The notes under the pieces: generated by a model | Seen by the model: only the letters and a program-made list of their open reading frames with translations | Told to the model about the DNA's origin: nothing | Database searches by the model: none | Origin: Azolla caroliniana | Taxonomy: Eukaryota > Plantae > Polypodiophyta | Length of the DNA: 64,000 nt | Assembly: GCA_043228905.1 (NCBI GenBank) | Contig: JBHGNT010000021.1 | Coordinates: forward strand, 5,270,001-5,334,000 | Reading direction: 5' to 3' | Shown: positions 1 through 14,100 of the stretch, in pieces | Layout of the letters: each line of letters starts with the position of its first letter | Position numbering within the stretch: position 1 is the first letter of the stretch | Made by a program: the position numbers and the translations under genes

Positions 1-413
1 ATTTCTTTCAAATTTTGGGCAAAGTCGAACTTCTTTACAACTTTCAGCAATGTATCTCTAAAAAAGTAGAAAAAAACATGGATAAATTTGGCATATTGCA
101 CATTGAACGAACCTAATCTCATTATTTTGTAGTTTTGGAGGAACAATCCAAATTACATTGACTTTATTTAGAAATTCTAATTTGTGGCGCTTATGAGGTC
201 AATTATTTTATAGTTCCAATTTCCACCTCATAGCTTGTATAGATTAGTTGTTGGAAATTGAATCAAGAAGAGCAAATTAAGTGTTAAATTTGTTATTAAT
301 AAAAAATGCAAACATTAGATACAACTTGTAGTTTGTGTTGAAGCATTGACTTCACATAAACAAGCATAAATTATGCATCAAAGCTTAACATCTTAACGTT
401 GAGGGCCAAATTG

Positions 414-655
414 GCCACATTTGTTGTTGCAATATCACTATATTGGTTGTGTCTACTAGCAATTGATCTCCCCACAAATGTTGGAATCTAATGTTAGGAG
501 CATTAACATATAAGCTTAGGGAGTTAAAGGTGGTTGACCGAGCCATAACCACATTTGTTGTTGCAACTTGCAATATCACTATATCGGTTATGTCTACTAG
601 CAATTGATCTCCCCACAAGTGATGGAATCAAATGTTAGGAGCATTAACATATAAC
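414..655. repeat. Imperfect direct duplication of about 100 bp
   Basis: ccacatttgttgttgcaa...tctactagcaattgatctccccacaa...aatgttaggagcattaacatataa occurs at about 414-513 and 550-655. Confidence 0.8.
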
Positions 656-774
656 CTCTTGGACGACCACATCATGATGTGCATAAGTATATAAAGGGCT
701 AGGTGCCCTCGTGCGAGCTTCATCATTCACTATGCTCTGACTTATGTAATTCGTTTCCATGCCCAAATGTTCAT

Positions 775-878
775 GCATGACCATATAATATCCAATGGTA
801 AGATTGTACCGTAGTATTCTATCCACATGTATAGAATGCTACGGTACAATCTTACCACTAGATATTATATGGTCATGC
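775..878. repeat. Long inverted repeat (hairpin) with 48-bp arms; MITE-like or small-RNA precursor candidate
   Basis: gcatgaccatataatatccaatggtaagattgtaccgtagtattctat pairs with atagaatgctacggtacaatcttaccactagatattatatggtcatgc with 3 mismatches and an 8-nt loop. Confidence 0.85.
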
Positions 879-1433
879 CTGTAACACCAAAGCATGAGCA
901 TGGGGTTCATAATTATAACATGGTACATTTAAGTATTCTTTACATGCTCGATGATCACAAAGTTGCGGGTAATTGATTGGGTGGAGAGCCCATATGCCGA
1001 TTCCTTGTAGTTTAATTAATTAGGACGAAAACTTGTTGGATTGTTGAGAACAACAACTAAATTATTCGAGCACGGGTTGTTATTACGAATCCACATCAAA
1101 CATCAAATTATTGTCCTTTTGGGATTTGTTCCCACCAAGGTATTTTTTAGGTATTATCTATGTAGAACTTACTTACAATCCATTTACCTTTCCATCGACC
1201 ATCGAGATCCTAAGTTTCCAAGTGAACATATCCCTAGCCATTATTCGCCAGGGCCTTCACTTTTCGGAGAATCTTGTTCCCATAGAGCTTGTAGCTTGGG
1301 GGACGACCACAAAGGGAACCCTATTGGGATACTCCGAATTTGAGTGTATTGGATAGTTATAGTAGCCCGTAGGCGCAAGATGTAGCTCATGGGGCGGTCT
1401 CCTGGACACAGTATTTTCATGCATAAGTATAAA

Positions 1434-1930
1434 CACAAATGTGTTAGTGGATATTATAGTTAGGAGGCATGAATGTTCTCACATTAGCAAGCCATCTAAA
1501 TATATGTTGACACAAGTACGAACACAAATGTGGTGATGGATACTATAGTTAGGAGGCATAAATGCTTTCACATTAGCAAAGCCATCTAGATGCGCCCTGT
1601 GTACATAAACAACATGGAAGGCATGAACGTTCTCACATTAGCAAGCCATCTAAATCCACGTTGACACAAGTACGATCACAAATGTGGTGATGGATACTAT
1701 AGTTAGGAGGCATGAATGCTTTCACATTAGCAAGCCATCTAACCTCGTCCCGTGTATAGAGACAACATGGAAGGCACGAATGTTCTCACATTAGCAAGCC
1801 ATCTAAATCCACGTTGACATAGGTACGAACACAAATGTGGTGATGGATACTACAGTTAGGAGGCATGAATGCTTTCACATTAGCAAGCCATCTAGCCACG
1901 TTGCGTGTACAAAGACAACGCAGGAGGTTG
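1434..1930. repeat. Degenerate tandem repeat with two alternating subunits (higher-order period about 153 bp)
   Basis: Subunit acaaatgtggtgatggatactatagttaggaggcatgaatg at about 1434, 1524, 1678 and 1831 alternates with acaacatggaaggcatgaa at about 1609 and 1762; both share the core cacattagcaagccatcta. Confidence 0.8.
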
Positions 1931-2705
1931 CTCGATATAGAGAGGTGCGTTGTGCTAGTTCCATATCCATAGTATTTATGTACAGGGTGGTATCCCCCCT
2001 AGTATCGATGTATGGGGGGGGGGGGGGCAACTTTGAGTAGTTTTTGCCAAACCCCAAAGAGACAACAAGGAAGGTTGCTCGGTACAGAAAGGTGCTTGTG
2101 ATGGTTCCATATCCCTAGAGTATTGATGTACAACAGGGGCCAACTTTTAGTCTTTTCTGCAACCCTAAGAAAGTTTGGGGGGATATAATATATATTGTAT
2201 GTCCTACCTAATAACACCTAGAACGGACACACCCTAGCTGGCCCCCGGGCAGTCATCGATTCTTTCATGGGACACATTTGCGGGGTTTGTGGTGAATGAA
2301 TCATGATCGCCAAGGGACTAAACTATATGTAATCGATCTCTCGAACTGTGCGTTTGTTTTTGCGTGTGAAAAGAATCATCCGCGGGAGGAGGAGCAGAAA
2401 GAAGGCATATAGAATATGAAAAGCTCATGTGAACATGTGATATATGTATTGGTTTGTTTGGTTTTTGGTATTTGGGTGAGAAGGGATGGGAGAGTATGTA
2501 TGAATACTGTATGTATGTATGGCTATGGCTTCCTCTTCTCTTTTTTAATTTGAGGCAAAGAATCAGAGGGTGAGAGGAATGTTTGGGGAAAGAGAGAAAG
2601 AAAAAAGGAAGAAGAAAAAAAAAGGTTTAAATTTGTGATGGTTCTCTTCTGTGGGTGTTTGTTAAACTCTCCCATTCTTTGCTCCTTTTTTTCTCCCCCC
2701 CACAG

Positions 2706-5700
2706 GTATGTCTCTAATGCTCTCTGTTTCTCCTCCTCTGTTCTACTCCCCTTCTCTCTTTTCTATCCCTGCATGTTGATTGATCTTATCTTCACATTGT
2801 TCTTTCTACTTCATATGAGAGAGGGGAAGAGGAGAGAGGGAAGATTTTGCTTCTTCCCCTTTGCTAATCTTGCATATAACACAAACCCTTATGTGGAAAA
2901 CTAATTTTGTGTTTGAACTAATATGAATGCATATTTTACCGTGATGGATTGGTGTATACCTTTTTCAATGGATACTTTATCTCGCAGAATCCGAATTATG
3001 TATGCACTTTCAATCCTCTTCTCATACTGTGATTTCCTCTTGTTTTTTTTACCAAATATACATGGTTCTTGAGCTTTGATCCTTCCGAAATTGTACTTTC
3101 TTTGTTCTTCATCAAGAATATGTCTTATGTGCATTCATTAAGAATATATCTGTGCGTCACTCTTGCATTATTAAGATGGTTTTTGAAAACTGGATCCTTC
3201 GCAAATGCTCTTATTATTGTTTTTCATCAAGAATTACTCTATATATGCACGATTTTTTCATTCATTAAGAGTATATCTATACATGATTCTTGATTTCATT
3301 CAGCATATCTCCATACATGGTTCTTTAAATTCAATACTTCTCAAAGTAAAAAAAATGGTCATGACAATGATTTACATGTATAAATGGTCAAACCGCAATT
3401 AAGCATTTATTTAGATGCAATTCTTGAATTTGTTAGTAATAGATGAGCACATGAACCTTTGGATTTGTATTGGGAAAAAATGCTTTGCTAATCAGCCAAG
3501 TTAATTTTCATGCATGGAGCATGGAAAATCACGAAAATATATCAGAAGTTTGTTGGAATCTAATAGAAAGGCTATATATTTCTCCTGGATTTTGTTCCCT
3601 TTATAAAATATCCGAGCTACCAAGAGTTTTAGGCAATATTATTTTTAGATTATGGTTGGTTGTTAAATATTGGTGTGTTTAATCAATCAAGATGGTGCTT
3701 GTACTGTATTGAGCATGAATCCTAGTTTCCTTGAAGATTGGCATGCCTGCTATCCAGTTATATTCTCATACAGAATCGATACATTCATATAAAATGTTTA
3801 TTCTGGATTAGATATTTGGGTCATCAGTGGTGTGCCTCATCTATCAACACAGTAGGCAAGAAAAGTGGAGGTTGATAGTGTATTTAGAAAAAATCCCGCG
3901 TCTCGCGTGCTTGCCTACATCTTGTATGCATAGATGTATGTGCTTATGTGGATAATCTTCAAATTGCGATGTGTAGCAATTCCAAACAATGCTAATGGTT
4001 CAGAAGCTAGTGACAATGAGGCATTGCATATTGATTTTTCCCATTTTGTGAGAAGTTGAGTAGATAGGAACTCGAAATCTCCGGAATGTTCAATAATGTT
4101 TTTTTTGGAATGGTTATAAAATCTTTTTTGATATGGATGAAATTGTGGGCATGATATTTATAAATATGTCAAGTTTGGGAACATAATAAATGCCGAACAT
4201 GGGGAAATCATGACTATTATATTAGTGGACATACATATACAATAGGATGCAAAATGTTATTGAAATACACTGAACGATGAGTTTGGAGGGAAGATGCATA
4301 GAAATTCAACTTAGTAACATATCATATATTAAGATGGTCCTTACTCTTGAGGAGATGCTATCCTGGCTGTTGTAGTCTCTACCTATATGGATCCCACTTG
4401 ATGATTCTGCTAATCATTGAGCAAGTCAGGGTGCAAGATGGTGCATGAAAGGAATACCCAAAGGGAATTTGTCTATGCTGAAACCAGGTAAGTCAATTAT
4501 GATGCCACCAAAATAAAGGTTCAAGGGTCATCCTCACTTGTCAACTGTATAGAGGAGTCAACCACTAATCTAGCAAGGAAAAAAAACTACTAGAGGCTCT
4601 AGAACAATGGATAGTATAGCCAAGAGAGAAGTAAAATGAAATAGTGTGAGATTAGTCTGCATAAGGCCAACATGACCTATGTAAAGAAAGTACAGTAATT
4701 TGATATGTGATAAAAATGTTAGATATAATAGAATAAAATAACTAAAGACTAGTTCTTGACTTATGTAAATAGCACATTTATCCCAGTTATTTTGAAGAGC
4801 AATATTTGCCTCATGAAACTAAAATTGGTATCTTCTATATATAGGTTTTAGGCAAGCTAATGCTCCAAAGTCGGGAAAGTGCTTTTGTGTTGAGGGATGA
4901 TAGTCATGATTTGATGAGGAAAAGGGGCTTTTGGACTGTGATCTAGGTGGTCGTTGTCTTTTTCTATGACATAATGATATTTTTTGCCATATGGTGAAAC
5001 CAGTGGATTACTTTGTTGGAAGCTTTTGGGCTGTGATCTAGGTGGTCGTTGTCTTTTTCCATGACATAATGATATTTTTTGCCATATGGTGAAACCAGTG
5101 GATTACTTTGTTGGAATCAAAGATTGTGTGCTCCTTGTGTTCAATCGGAGGGGATGTGCATTGAGGTGTGACAAGATTGAGAAATCCCGGTTGGTTATTT
5201 GCTAAGGTGTCTTAATCTTCTATCATCATCAAATTTCTTAGTGTCTCTTGATATCTAGCAAGAATAACTCCAAACATCTTTCAGTTATATTTTATTTTAT
5301 GGAGTGGGCCAACCTTCCCCATTTGATAATAAAATAGAAAATTATGGCTCTTCAAAGTGATTTAGCTGCCCTGCCTGATGCAAAGATGTTCTAATTTGTC
5401 CCTAGCACCCTGCGAAATCTATGAGAGATATGAGTGCCCATCTAAGAGGGTTCGATAATATAAACACATGTTTGATAATGAACTTTCCTTGTGCCTGATT
5501 TGGTGGTATCTGTTTCATACCAAACTGGTCTAGCTCAGAAATGGAAGGTCACATATCAACCCTTATATGTAGATTCTTCATCTAGTAAACAGGTGTACGG
5601 GTTAATAAAAATGCGGTTTGCAACAGAGTATAGCCTCTGTATGGACAAAAGGAGAGAAAATGAAATGTAATATCAATATGTGCAAAGTTTAATGCGTGAT

Positions 5701-5790
5701 ATAAATTTCAGATAAAATGGCCAACGAAAATAAAAATAAGAACCCAGTTTCTGATGTTTTTTATCTTTTTACATTGTAACTGTGCCACAG
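2706..5790 (+). other. Putative 3.1-kb 5'-UTR intron of DGAT1
   Basis: Strong donor CAG/GTATGT at 2706 after a GA/CT-rich leader-like region; acceptor tgtgccacAG at 5789-5790, 31 nt before the DGAT1 ATG. Inferred, no transcript evidence. Confidence 0.45.
4927..5116. repeat. Tandem duplication, 2 x 95 bp
   Basis: gcttttggactgtgatctaggtggtcg...ggattactttgttggaa starts at 4927 and again at 5022. Confidence 0.85.
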
Positions 5791-5821
5791 GTAGATATAA
5801 GTATTGACTAGTGTAGTCAAA

Positions 5822-8800
5822 ATGCCAGAAAGAGAGCCGGTAACAACCTCAGTAAGTAAAGAAGATAGTAACTTACGACATAGAAAGGGCTCAGAAGTGA
5901 AGTTTGATAATTCCAATTTAGCAAGCAATGGTTCTGATATAAAGGAGCTTGAAAATACAAAGATGCAGTACATGCCTCGGTGTTCTGCACCAGTTCACAA
6001 AAACTTGAAAGAGAGTCCTTTGAGCTCAGATGCAATTTTCCATCAGGTTGCCTATGTTTTGGTGTTGTTTGCACTTCATAGTTGATCTATTGTTCAATCA
6101 TCTTGCATTAAACTATTGGATTTATTGATTTTGTTATATGCATGTTTAAAATGTTTTTGTTGCACCACCTGCTATTCGTTCCTCATATCATTCTGCGCAG
6201 TAAGATTTCATCTCAAAGGCTTTTCCAATATCCACAAATCAACAATAAATGTTCACCCCCTGTATTTGCTTCAATACAAATTTGCTCATTCGTTTCAACG
6301 TTAAAATAAGTGACCATGTTATAGTATGAGGTAGATACAGAGTAAAGAAATTGCTGAAGAGCTGCCAGGATAGGCCATCATTGTAATCGTTTATTTCATA
6401 TAGTGAATGGTTTGTTGCTCTTTTTAGCTTATGAGGGGTTACTGTCATGGTCATTTACCTAATCTTTTTCCTTTACAATAGAAGTGCAGATATGAATTGA
6501 TAACTTTTTATTTGTTATTTAACCTCATTGAATCTTCTTCTTGTTGTTACAGAGCCATGCAGGTCTTTTTAACTTATGCATCGTCATTCTTGTTGCTGTA
6601 AATAGTAGATTGATAATCGAGAACTTGATGAAGGTTAATTCTTTGTTCCTAGATTGTATACATGTTTATGTGTACATCCTTACACGTACATGCTTACCTT
6701 CTCTATTTATGTCATCCTTTCCTCTCTTATGCTTATAAGAGCTGGTGTAAAGACTTTTTTGGTCATTGTTGCAGTATGGGCTTCTTATAAGAGGTGGTTT
6801 TTGGTTTAGCTCCAAGTCTTTCCGCGATTGGCCTCTTCTTATGTGTGGGTATGCACATTTTTATGAGAAAAGATCTTTCTTCAAATTAGAAGTTCTAATT
6901 GGTCTAAGATAAACACTTGACACCATTATTTGTATGTGGCTGCAGGCTCTCCCTTCCATTATTGTCACTTTGTTCTTACTTGGTTGAGAAGTTAAACGTA
7001 TATAAACGTGTTCCAGAATTGGTGAATCTCTTTGTCTTTCTCTCTACATCTGTATATGTGTTACATGCGTGCTTGTATCTCTCTGTTTTCAGGCACAAAG
7101 CATATGCTTTGACCTCATCTCAAGTGTTTTTCATTTTTATAGTTTCAGTTCCCTTTCCTGGTTTATTAGTACTTGAACAAAACCAATAAACTGCGGATAG
7201 TTTTTACAAATGTTCCTTGTCGAGAATGTTCAGGAATATATTCCATGCACCCCAATAATAATAGCATTTCACTTTACAAAATGCATCATATACTTCCTCA
7301 TAAGATGTTTTGAGTTTCAAACAGTCCGTGCCTATACAATGCTATACTCTGGATGTGACTGGAAGCCTAAACTATATTATTTCTTAGGGATAATTATATC
7401 ATGAGCCCGTTTAAGTTGTTTGCTTGGACCGGAAATAGAGGTAAATTTTATTTGCTTTCTTGTATCTTGACAGAATGATGGTTTCAATCGTGTTAGTGGT
7501 GAATCACATTGTGTGAACAGACAGAGTCTTTATTCACAACCTTGTTGCTGTGTGCTTATTCACAATCTTCTCAGCTATAAGAGATAGCCCTCACTATAAA
7601 TGTTGTTGCAATCTGTAATTTTTTAGTATGCTCAACTGTGATTCGTACAGTATTCATTGACTACCAAAATATGTATGATATGGCTGGAAAGAAATGCACA
7701 ACTAAGAAGAAGAATGTGTTGCGACAGCCCTTGGGCTTGAGCATGCTATTCCTCACCAGTAGTCGATCTATTCTGACATGGAATCTGGCTGTGTATTGTT
7801 TGTTGGCTATTAACATATTCATGGTATGGCTGGAAATAGATGCACAACAAAAAAGGAAAATCTGTTGCCTTAGCGCCCTGGGCCCCAGGATTCTATTCCT
7901 CATCACAAGTTGGTTTATTTTAACATGCAGGAGCTGGCCTTCCGCCTATTCTGCTGACTCGCAACCTACAGGTTTATCCATGAGCTAACTCACAGATATA
8001 TCCATTTGTGCTTATGCCCAATGTAGATTTGATCAAACTTCTGTTCTTAGTACATACCAAGAGGCACATTAGAAAGCAGAAGAAACTTAGGAAAAAGCAT
8101 GATGTCAAAGAGGTTAATGCACTCTGCTTAAAAAGATTCTGTATAAAATAAAAGAAACAAACATATCATGTTAAAATCTCATTGCAAATTATTCTTCTTG
8201 GTTATTCTCTTAACTTGCAGGTCATGTTTGTTTTGCATTTCATCATCAGTACTATGGCAATTCTTTACCCCGTATATGTCATACTAAGGTACTAAAATAG
8301 TAGCGAGTTTTTATTTGATTTCTGTCATTAAAATTTACATGGTTGTCTTCAAAAGATTTCTCAGGTGTCGGATAAATATTTTATAACACAAATTTAAAGA
8401 GTTCACCATCAGTAATGTGCTTTTTGGGCTCATTATTTGACTTTATGATGACAGTGTGCATCAAACATTGCTTTCTAGTGTCATTCTCATGCTATTTTCA
8501 GTCACTTGCTGGATGAAACTAGTTTCCTATGCACACACCAATTATGACCTTAGGGATTTGACATCAATTTGTAAGAAGGTATGTAGTGTGAGGATGTCAT
8601 GTTGATTCTTTTTTATTGCAAAATATAATACTTGACTCTATTGATATGTATAGGATGATGAACCATCAGAAGACATTCGAGTAGAGTATCCTAATAACAT
8701 AATGTTGAAGAATTTTGCATATTTTATGGTGGCCCCAACATTGTGCTATCAGGTGTTCCTCTTTTTGTACTTGCATTGTTATTGTGTCTTGAATGTCGAA

Positions 8801-10624
8801 TCTATGACAGTATTTTAACAGGTTATTATGCTTTTTATTTATTTAGGTGACTTATCCTCAGACAGAGAGGATACGAAAACGTTGGGTTTTAAGACAAGTG
8901 GTGAAACTAATTATCTTCACTGGTTTGATGGGATTTATAGCAGAACAAGTGTGCACCTAGTATACATTGTATATATGCATTCTGTTAATATGCGTGATGC
9001 CTTTATGCCAGTACTTGATCAAGCTCTTGCGTCATGCAGTATATCAATCCTACAATAAAGAACTCTCAGCATCCATTGAAAGGGAACTACCTCTATGCAA
9101 TTGAGAGAATATTGAAGCTTTCGATTCCAACTCTCTACAATTGGTTGTGCTTGTTTTATTGCCTATTCCATCTGTGGTATGTGGTGTATATGATAATTTT
9201 TTTTATAGATATTGTATAAACATAGTTTGGTTTTTTGTATATTTTACAACATTTTTGCATAATCTTTAAAACTGAAAGTTAGGCAGTCTCTTTGTTTGTG
9301 AATTCAACAATGCTGGCTACACAGGTTAAACATTATTGCTGAATTAACATACTTCGGAGATCGAGAATTCTACAAAGACTGGTGGAATGCAAAGACTGTG
9401 GAGGAGGTGCACACTTCTCCTTTGAACTGTTTTGTAGAAGATTTCTATGTTTCCAGAATTAACTTTTATTATTATATTACTGAATGCTTATTTTGTTGCT
9501 TTCTTTTTGACAGTATTGGAAGTCATGGAATATGGTATGGGCTTAACTTCAAAAATTTCGAAGAGAGTTAATTCTCTGGTTTTTTTATCTCAGTTGATTG
9601 CATTTCAGTATTATGCTATTCTTTTAGTCCAATCTTAGTGGGGTAACATGTTACATAAGGTTTCCTTTGCAGCCTGTACATAAGTGGATGGTAAGGCATG
9701 TCTACATCCCTTGCTTACGGAGAGGAATGTCAAAGGTATAATGATCCAGAGTCTAAAAAATCCCTGCAAGTAATGAGTGCTAAACTGTATTGATTCTGTA
9801 AAAGCTAATTTCAATAGTTAAAGACCTACTTTTGAGGGTGATGTTACATGGACACGAAATAATGAATTTCTGCATTTTCTAACAGAACACAGCCTCGATA
9901 ATATCTTTTGCACTCTCTGGGATATTTCATGAGGTATATATATGGGATATTTTATCAGTACTTGGCCAATTTTATATGCTGTATGCTATTACCCAGCAGA
10001 AACATGCTTGCATCCACAACAAAAGGTGCAAACACTTGTATATTTAACTAAAATTCTGTATATGCAGCTTATTATTGGTATCCCATGCCACATGTTCACA
10101 TGTTGGGCTTTCTTGGGGATAATGTTTCAGGTACTCTATTTGATTGAAGACTTCCAAAATCTGATTTCATTGTTGAAAGATTATAAGTATCTTTATATTC
10201 TGACATATGCTAGGTTCCTTTGATGGTTTTTACGAAGTATTTGCATGAAAGATTTCAGAGTTCCATGGTGAGTTCTTGTGCATTTTTTAACTCGTTTTAA
10301 TGCTCGATGGAGGTGGTTGCATATCATTTTTGAGAAACTATTGTTAACTAGCAAATTTCATTATACTTAATAGTTAATATAATCAGTTCTAATTTAAAAG
10401 GATACCCTCAAATTTGCGATTTAAGTGCTGGGCATTCCCTGCAATTGTTAATTTACATAATTATACTGCCAATTAGGATTCTACATTAACAATTGTTGTT
10501 TTCTGTTGTCTTTCAGGTTGGAAACTTTATCTTTTGGTTTTTCTTTTGCATCGTTGGTCAGCCAATAAGTATTTTGTTATACTATCATGATTATATGAAT
10601 CAAGGTCTCTCACCAAGCTCATAG
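5822..10624 (+). CDS. DGAT1: Diacylglycerol O-acyltransferase 1 (MBOAT family), 16 exons, about 474 aa
   Basis: GT-AG exons 5822-6046, 6553-6633, 6775-6848, 6946-7021, 8221-8288, 8455-8578, 8654-8752, 8847-8948, 9040-9176, 9325-9406, 9514-9534, 9673-9735, 9886-9933, 10068-10130, 10214-10267 and 10517-10624 join in frame (1425 nt). Motifs: [51 protein letters not shown] and IFHEL with the catalytic His. Confidence 0.96.
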
Positions 10625-11153
10625 ATATTATATTCTTTTTGTAAGACAGTTCCATCATATTCAATGAATGAAAAAAGCTTTGTCATTGTGTTATATTTGT
10701 AGATGATTCTGGTTTTGTTTTATGTTGAATCAGCTAGTTGAGTTTTTTTTAAAGAAATATGCCTCAGTATATTCTAGTATTTCAATGTGGCTGTTGCATA
10801 GGTATTAGCTATATTTATGTATTTTTTCCCCTCTTTGTACATTAATTTGTTATTTATCAGTATTCACAAATAAGAGGCAACTCATAATTTTGTGCTATGT
10901 ACACAATGAACTTCTTTCATTTGCTGCTACAAATCTCTCCAATTTTGTGACATGATATTGGGGTTTGCAAGGTATCAGTTTTTTTGGCAAACGATGAGTT
11001 TCTAACTATGGTGAATTTGATTTGAATGGAAGAGTAAAGTGTCTTACTTCATTATTGTGATATGTGAGCTATGTTAGTGTGGTTTGAGTGGTTTGAGCTG
11101 TACTAGGAGCATACGTTGAAGGTATTAATAATAAACTCACATAAAACCAAGAC

Positions 11154-14100
11154 ACATAAGATGGCTTTAGGACCTAGGGTGCAAGTGTAAAAATAGGTGT
11201 AGGTAACCTCGATAGGGAGAGAAAACAATCTTTTTCACAATGTCATTGAGACACTAGTGATCACATAAAACAATAGCGATTTGTGGATTTGCATGCAAGG
11301 TATGAGCTTAGGCAATATTTTACAGTATGGTGTGCCGATGGTGTTTAGGATTTGTCTGAATTCCTTTGCTCATGTTAGTTGGGACGAAAAGTGCCCATAA
11401 TCCATTTCATTCAAGAATTATGCAATATTTGCTTAATCATTGGTTCTATTTTTGAGCATTTCATTGAAGGTGAGTTATTCTACATCTTTGATGCAAGCGT
11501 GAACCAAGCGATATTGATGATTGATGATAAAATATCAAGCTATGTTTGAGCATCTCCTATCACATCTCTTGGTTGAAAACTGAACCGATTGTTACACCAA
11601 GAAAGAGATTTGGTTGTGTTACGATTGAACTAACCTAGAATATTCGAGATAGTGTCATGCATGTGCATTCTAATGTAGTTTTATCTTTCAATTATGAGAA
11701 TACTCATAATGAATTAGGACCTAGGGTGCAAGTGTAAAAATAGGTGTCATGCATGTGCATTCTAATGTAGTTTTATCTTTCAATTATGAGAATACTCATA
11801 ATGAATTAGGACATAAGATGGCTTTAGGACCTAGGGTGCAAGTGTAAAAATAGGTGTAGGTAACCTCGATAGGGAGAGAAAACAATCTTTTTCACAATGT
11901 CATTGAGACACTAGTGATCACATAAAACAATAGCGATTTGTGGATTTGCATGCAAGGTATGAGCTTAGGCAATATTTTACAGTATGGTGTGCCGATGGTG
12001 TTTAGGATTTGTCTGAATTCCTTTGCTCATGTTAGTTGGGACGAAAAGTGCCCATAATCCATTTCATTCAAGAATTATGCAATATTTGCTTAATCATTGG
12101 TTCTATTTTTGAGCATTTCATTGAAGGTGAGTTATTCTACATCTTTGATGCAAGCGTGAACCAAGCGATATTGATGATTGATGATAAAATATCAAGCTAT
12201 GTTTGAGCATCTCCTATCACATCTCTTGGTTGAAAACTGAACCGATTGTTACACCAAGAAAGAGATTTGGTTGTGTTACGATTGAACTAACCTAGAATAT
12301 TCGAGATAGTGTCATGCATGTGCATTCTAATGTAGTTTTATCTTTCAATTATGAGAATACTCATAATGAATTAGGACCTAGGGTGCAAGTGTAAAAATAG
12401 GTGTCATGCATGTGCATTCTAATGTAGTTTTATCTTTCAATTATGAGAATACTCATAATGAATTAGGACATAAGATGGCTTTAGGACCTAGGGTGCAAGT
12501 GTAAAAATAGGTGTAGGTAACCTCGATAGGGAGAGAAAACAATCTTTTTCACAATGTCATTGAGACACTAGTGATCACATAAAACAATAGCGATTTGTGG
12601 ATTTGCATGCAAGGTATGAGCTTAGGCAATATTTTACAGTATGGTGTGCCGATGGTGTTTAGGATTTGTCTGAATTCCTTTGCTCATGTTAGTTGGGACG
12701 AAAAGTGCCCATAATCCATTTCATTCAAGAATTATGCAATATTTGCTTAATCATTGGTTCTATTTTTGAGCATTTCATTGAAGGTGAGTTATTCTACATC
12801 TTTGATGCAAGCGTGAACCAAGCGATATTGATGATTGATGATAAAATATCAAGCTATGTTTGAGCATCTCCTATCACATCTCTTGGTTGAAAACTGAACC
12901 GATTGTTACACCAAGAAAGAGATTTGGTTGTGTTACGATTGAACTAACCTAGAATATTCGAGATAGTGTCATGCATGTGCATTCTAATGTAGTTTTATCT
13001 TTCAATTATGAGAATACTCATAATGAATTAGGACCTAGGGTGCAAGTGTAAAAATAGGTGTCATGCATGTGCATTCTAATGTAGTTTTATCTTTCAATTA
13101 TGAGAATACTCATAATGAATTAGGACATAAGATGGCTTTAGGACCTAGGGTGCAAGTGTAAAAATAGGTGTAGGTAACCTCGATAGGGAGAGAAAACAAT
13201 CTTTTTCACAATGTCATTGAGACACTAGTGATCACATAAAACAATAGCGATTTGTGGATTTGCATGCAAGGTATGAGCTTAGGCAATATTTTACAGTATG
13301 GTGTGCCGATGGTGTTTAGGATTTGTCTGAATTCCTTTGCTCATGTTAGTTGGGACGAAAAGTGCCCATAATCCATTTCATTCAAGAATTATGCAATATT
13401 TGCTTAATCATTGGTTCTATTTTTGAGCATTTCATTGAAGGTGAGTTATTCTACATCTTTGATGCAAGCGTGAACCAAGCGATATTGATGATTGATGATA
13501 AAATATCAAGCTATGTTTGAGCATCTCCTATCACATCTCTTGGTTGAAAACTGAACCGATTGTTACACCAAGAAAGAGATTTGGTTGTGTTACGATTGAA
13601 CTAACCTAGAATATTCGAGATAGTGTCATGCATGTGCATTCTAATGTAGTTTTATCTTTCAATTATGAGAATACTCATAATGAATTAGGACCTAGGGTGC
13701 AAGTGTAAAAATAGGTGTCATGCATGTGCATTCTAATGTAGTTTTATCTTTCAATTATGAGAATACTCATAATGAATTAGGACATAAGATGGCTTTAGGA
13801 CCTAGGGTGCAAGTGTAAAAATAGGTGTAGGTAACCTCGATAGGGAGAGAAAACAATCTTTTTCACAATGTCATTGAGACACTAGTGATCACATAAAACA
13901 ATAGCGATTTGTGGATTTGCATGCAAGGTATGAGCTTAGGCAATATTTTACAGTATGGTGTGCCGATGGTGTTTAGGATTTGTCTGAATTCCTTTGCTCA
14001 TGTTAGTTGGGACGAAAAGTGCCCATAATCCATTTCATTCAAGAATTATGCAATATTTGCTTAATCATTGGTTCTATTTTTGAGCATTTCATTGAAGGTG

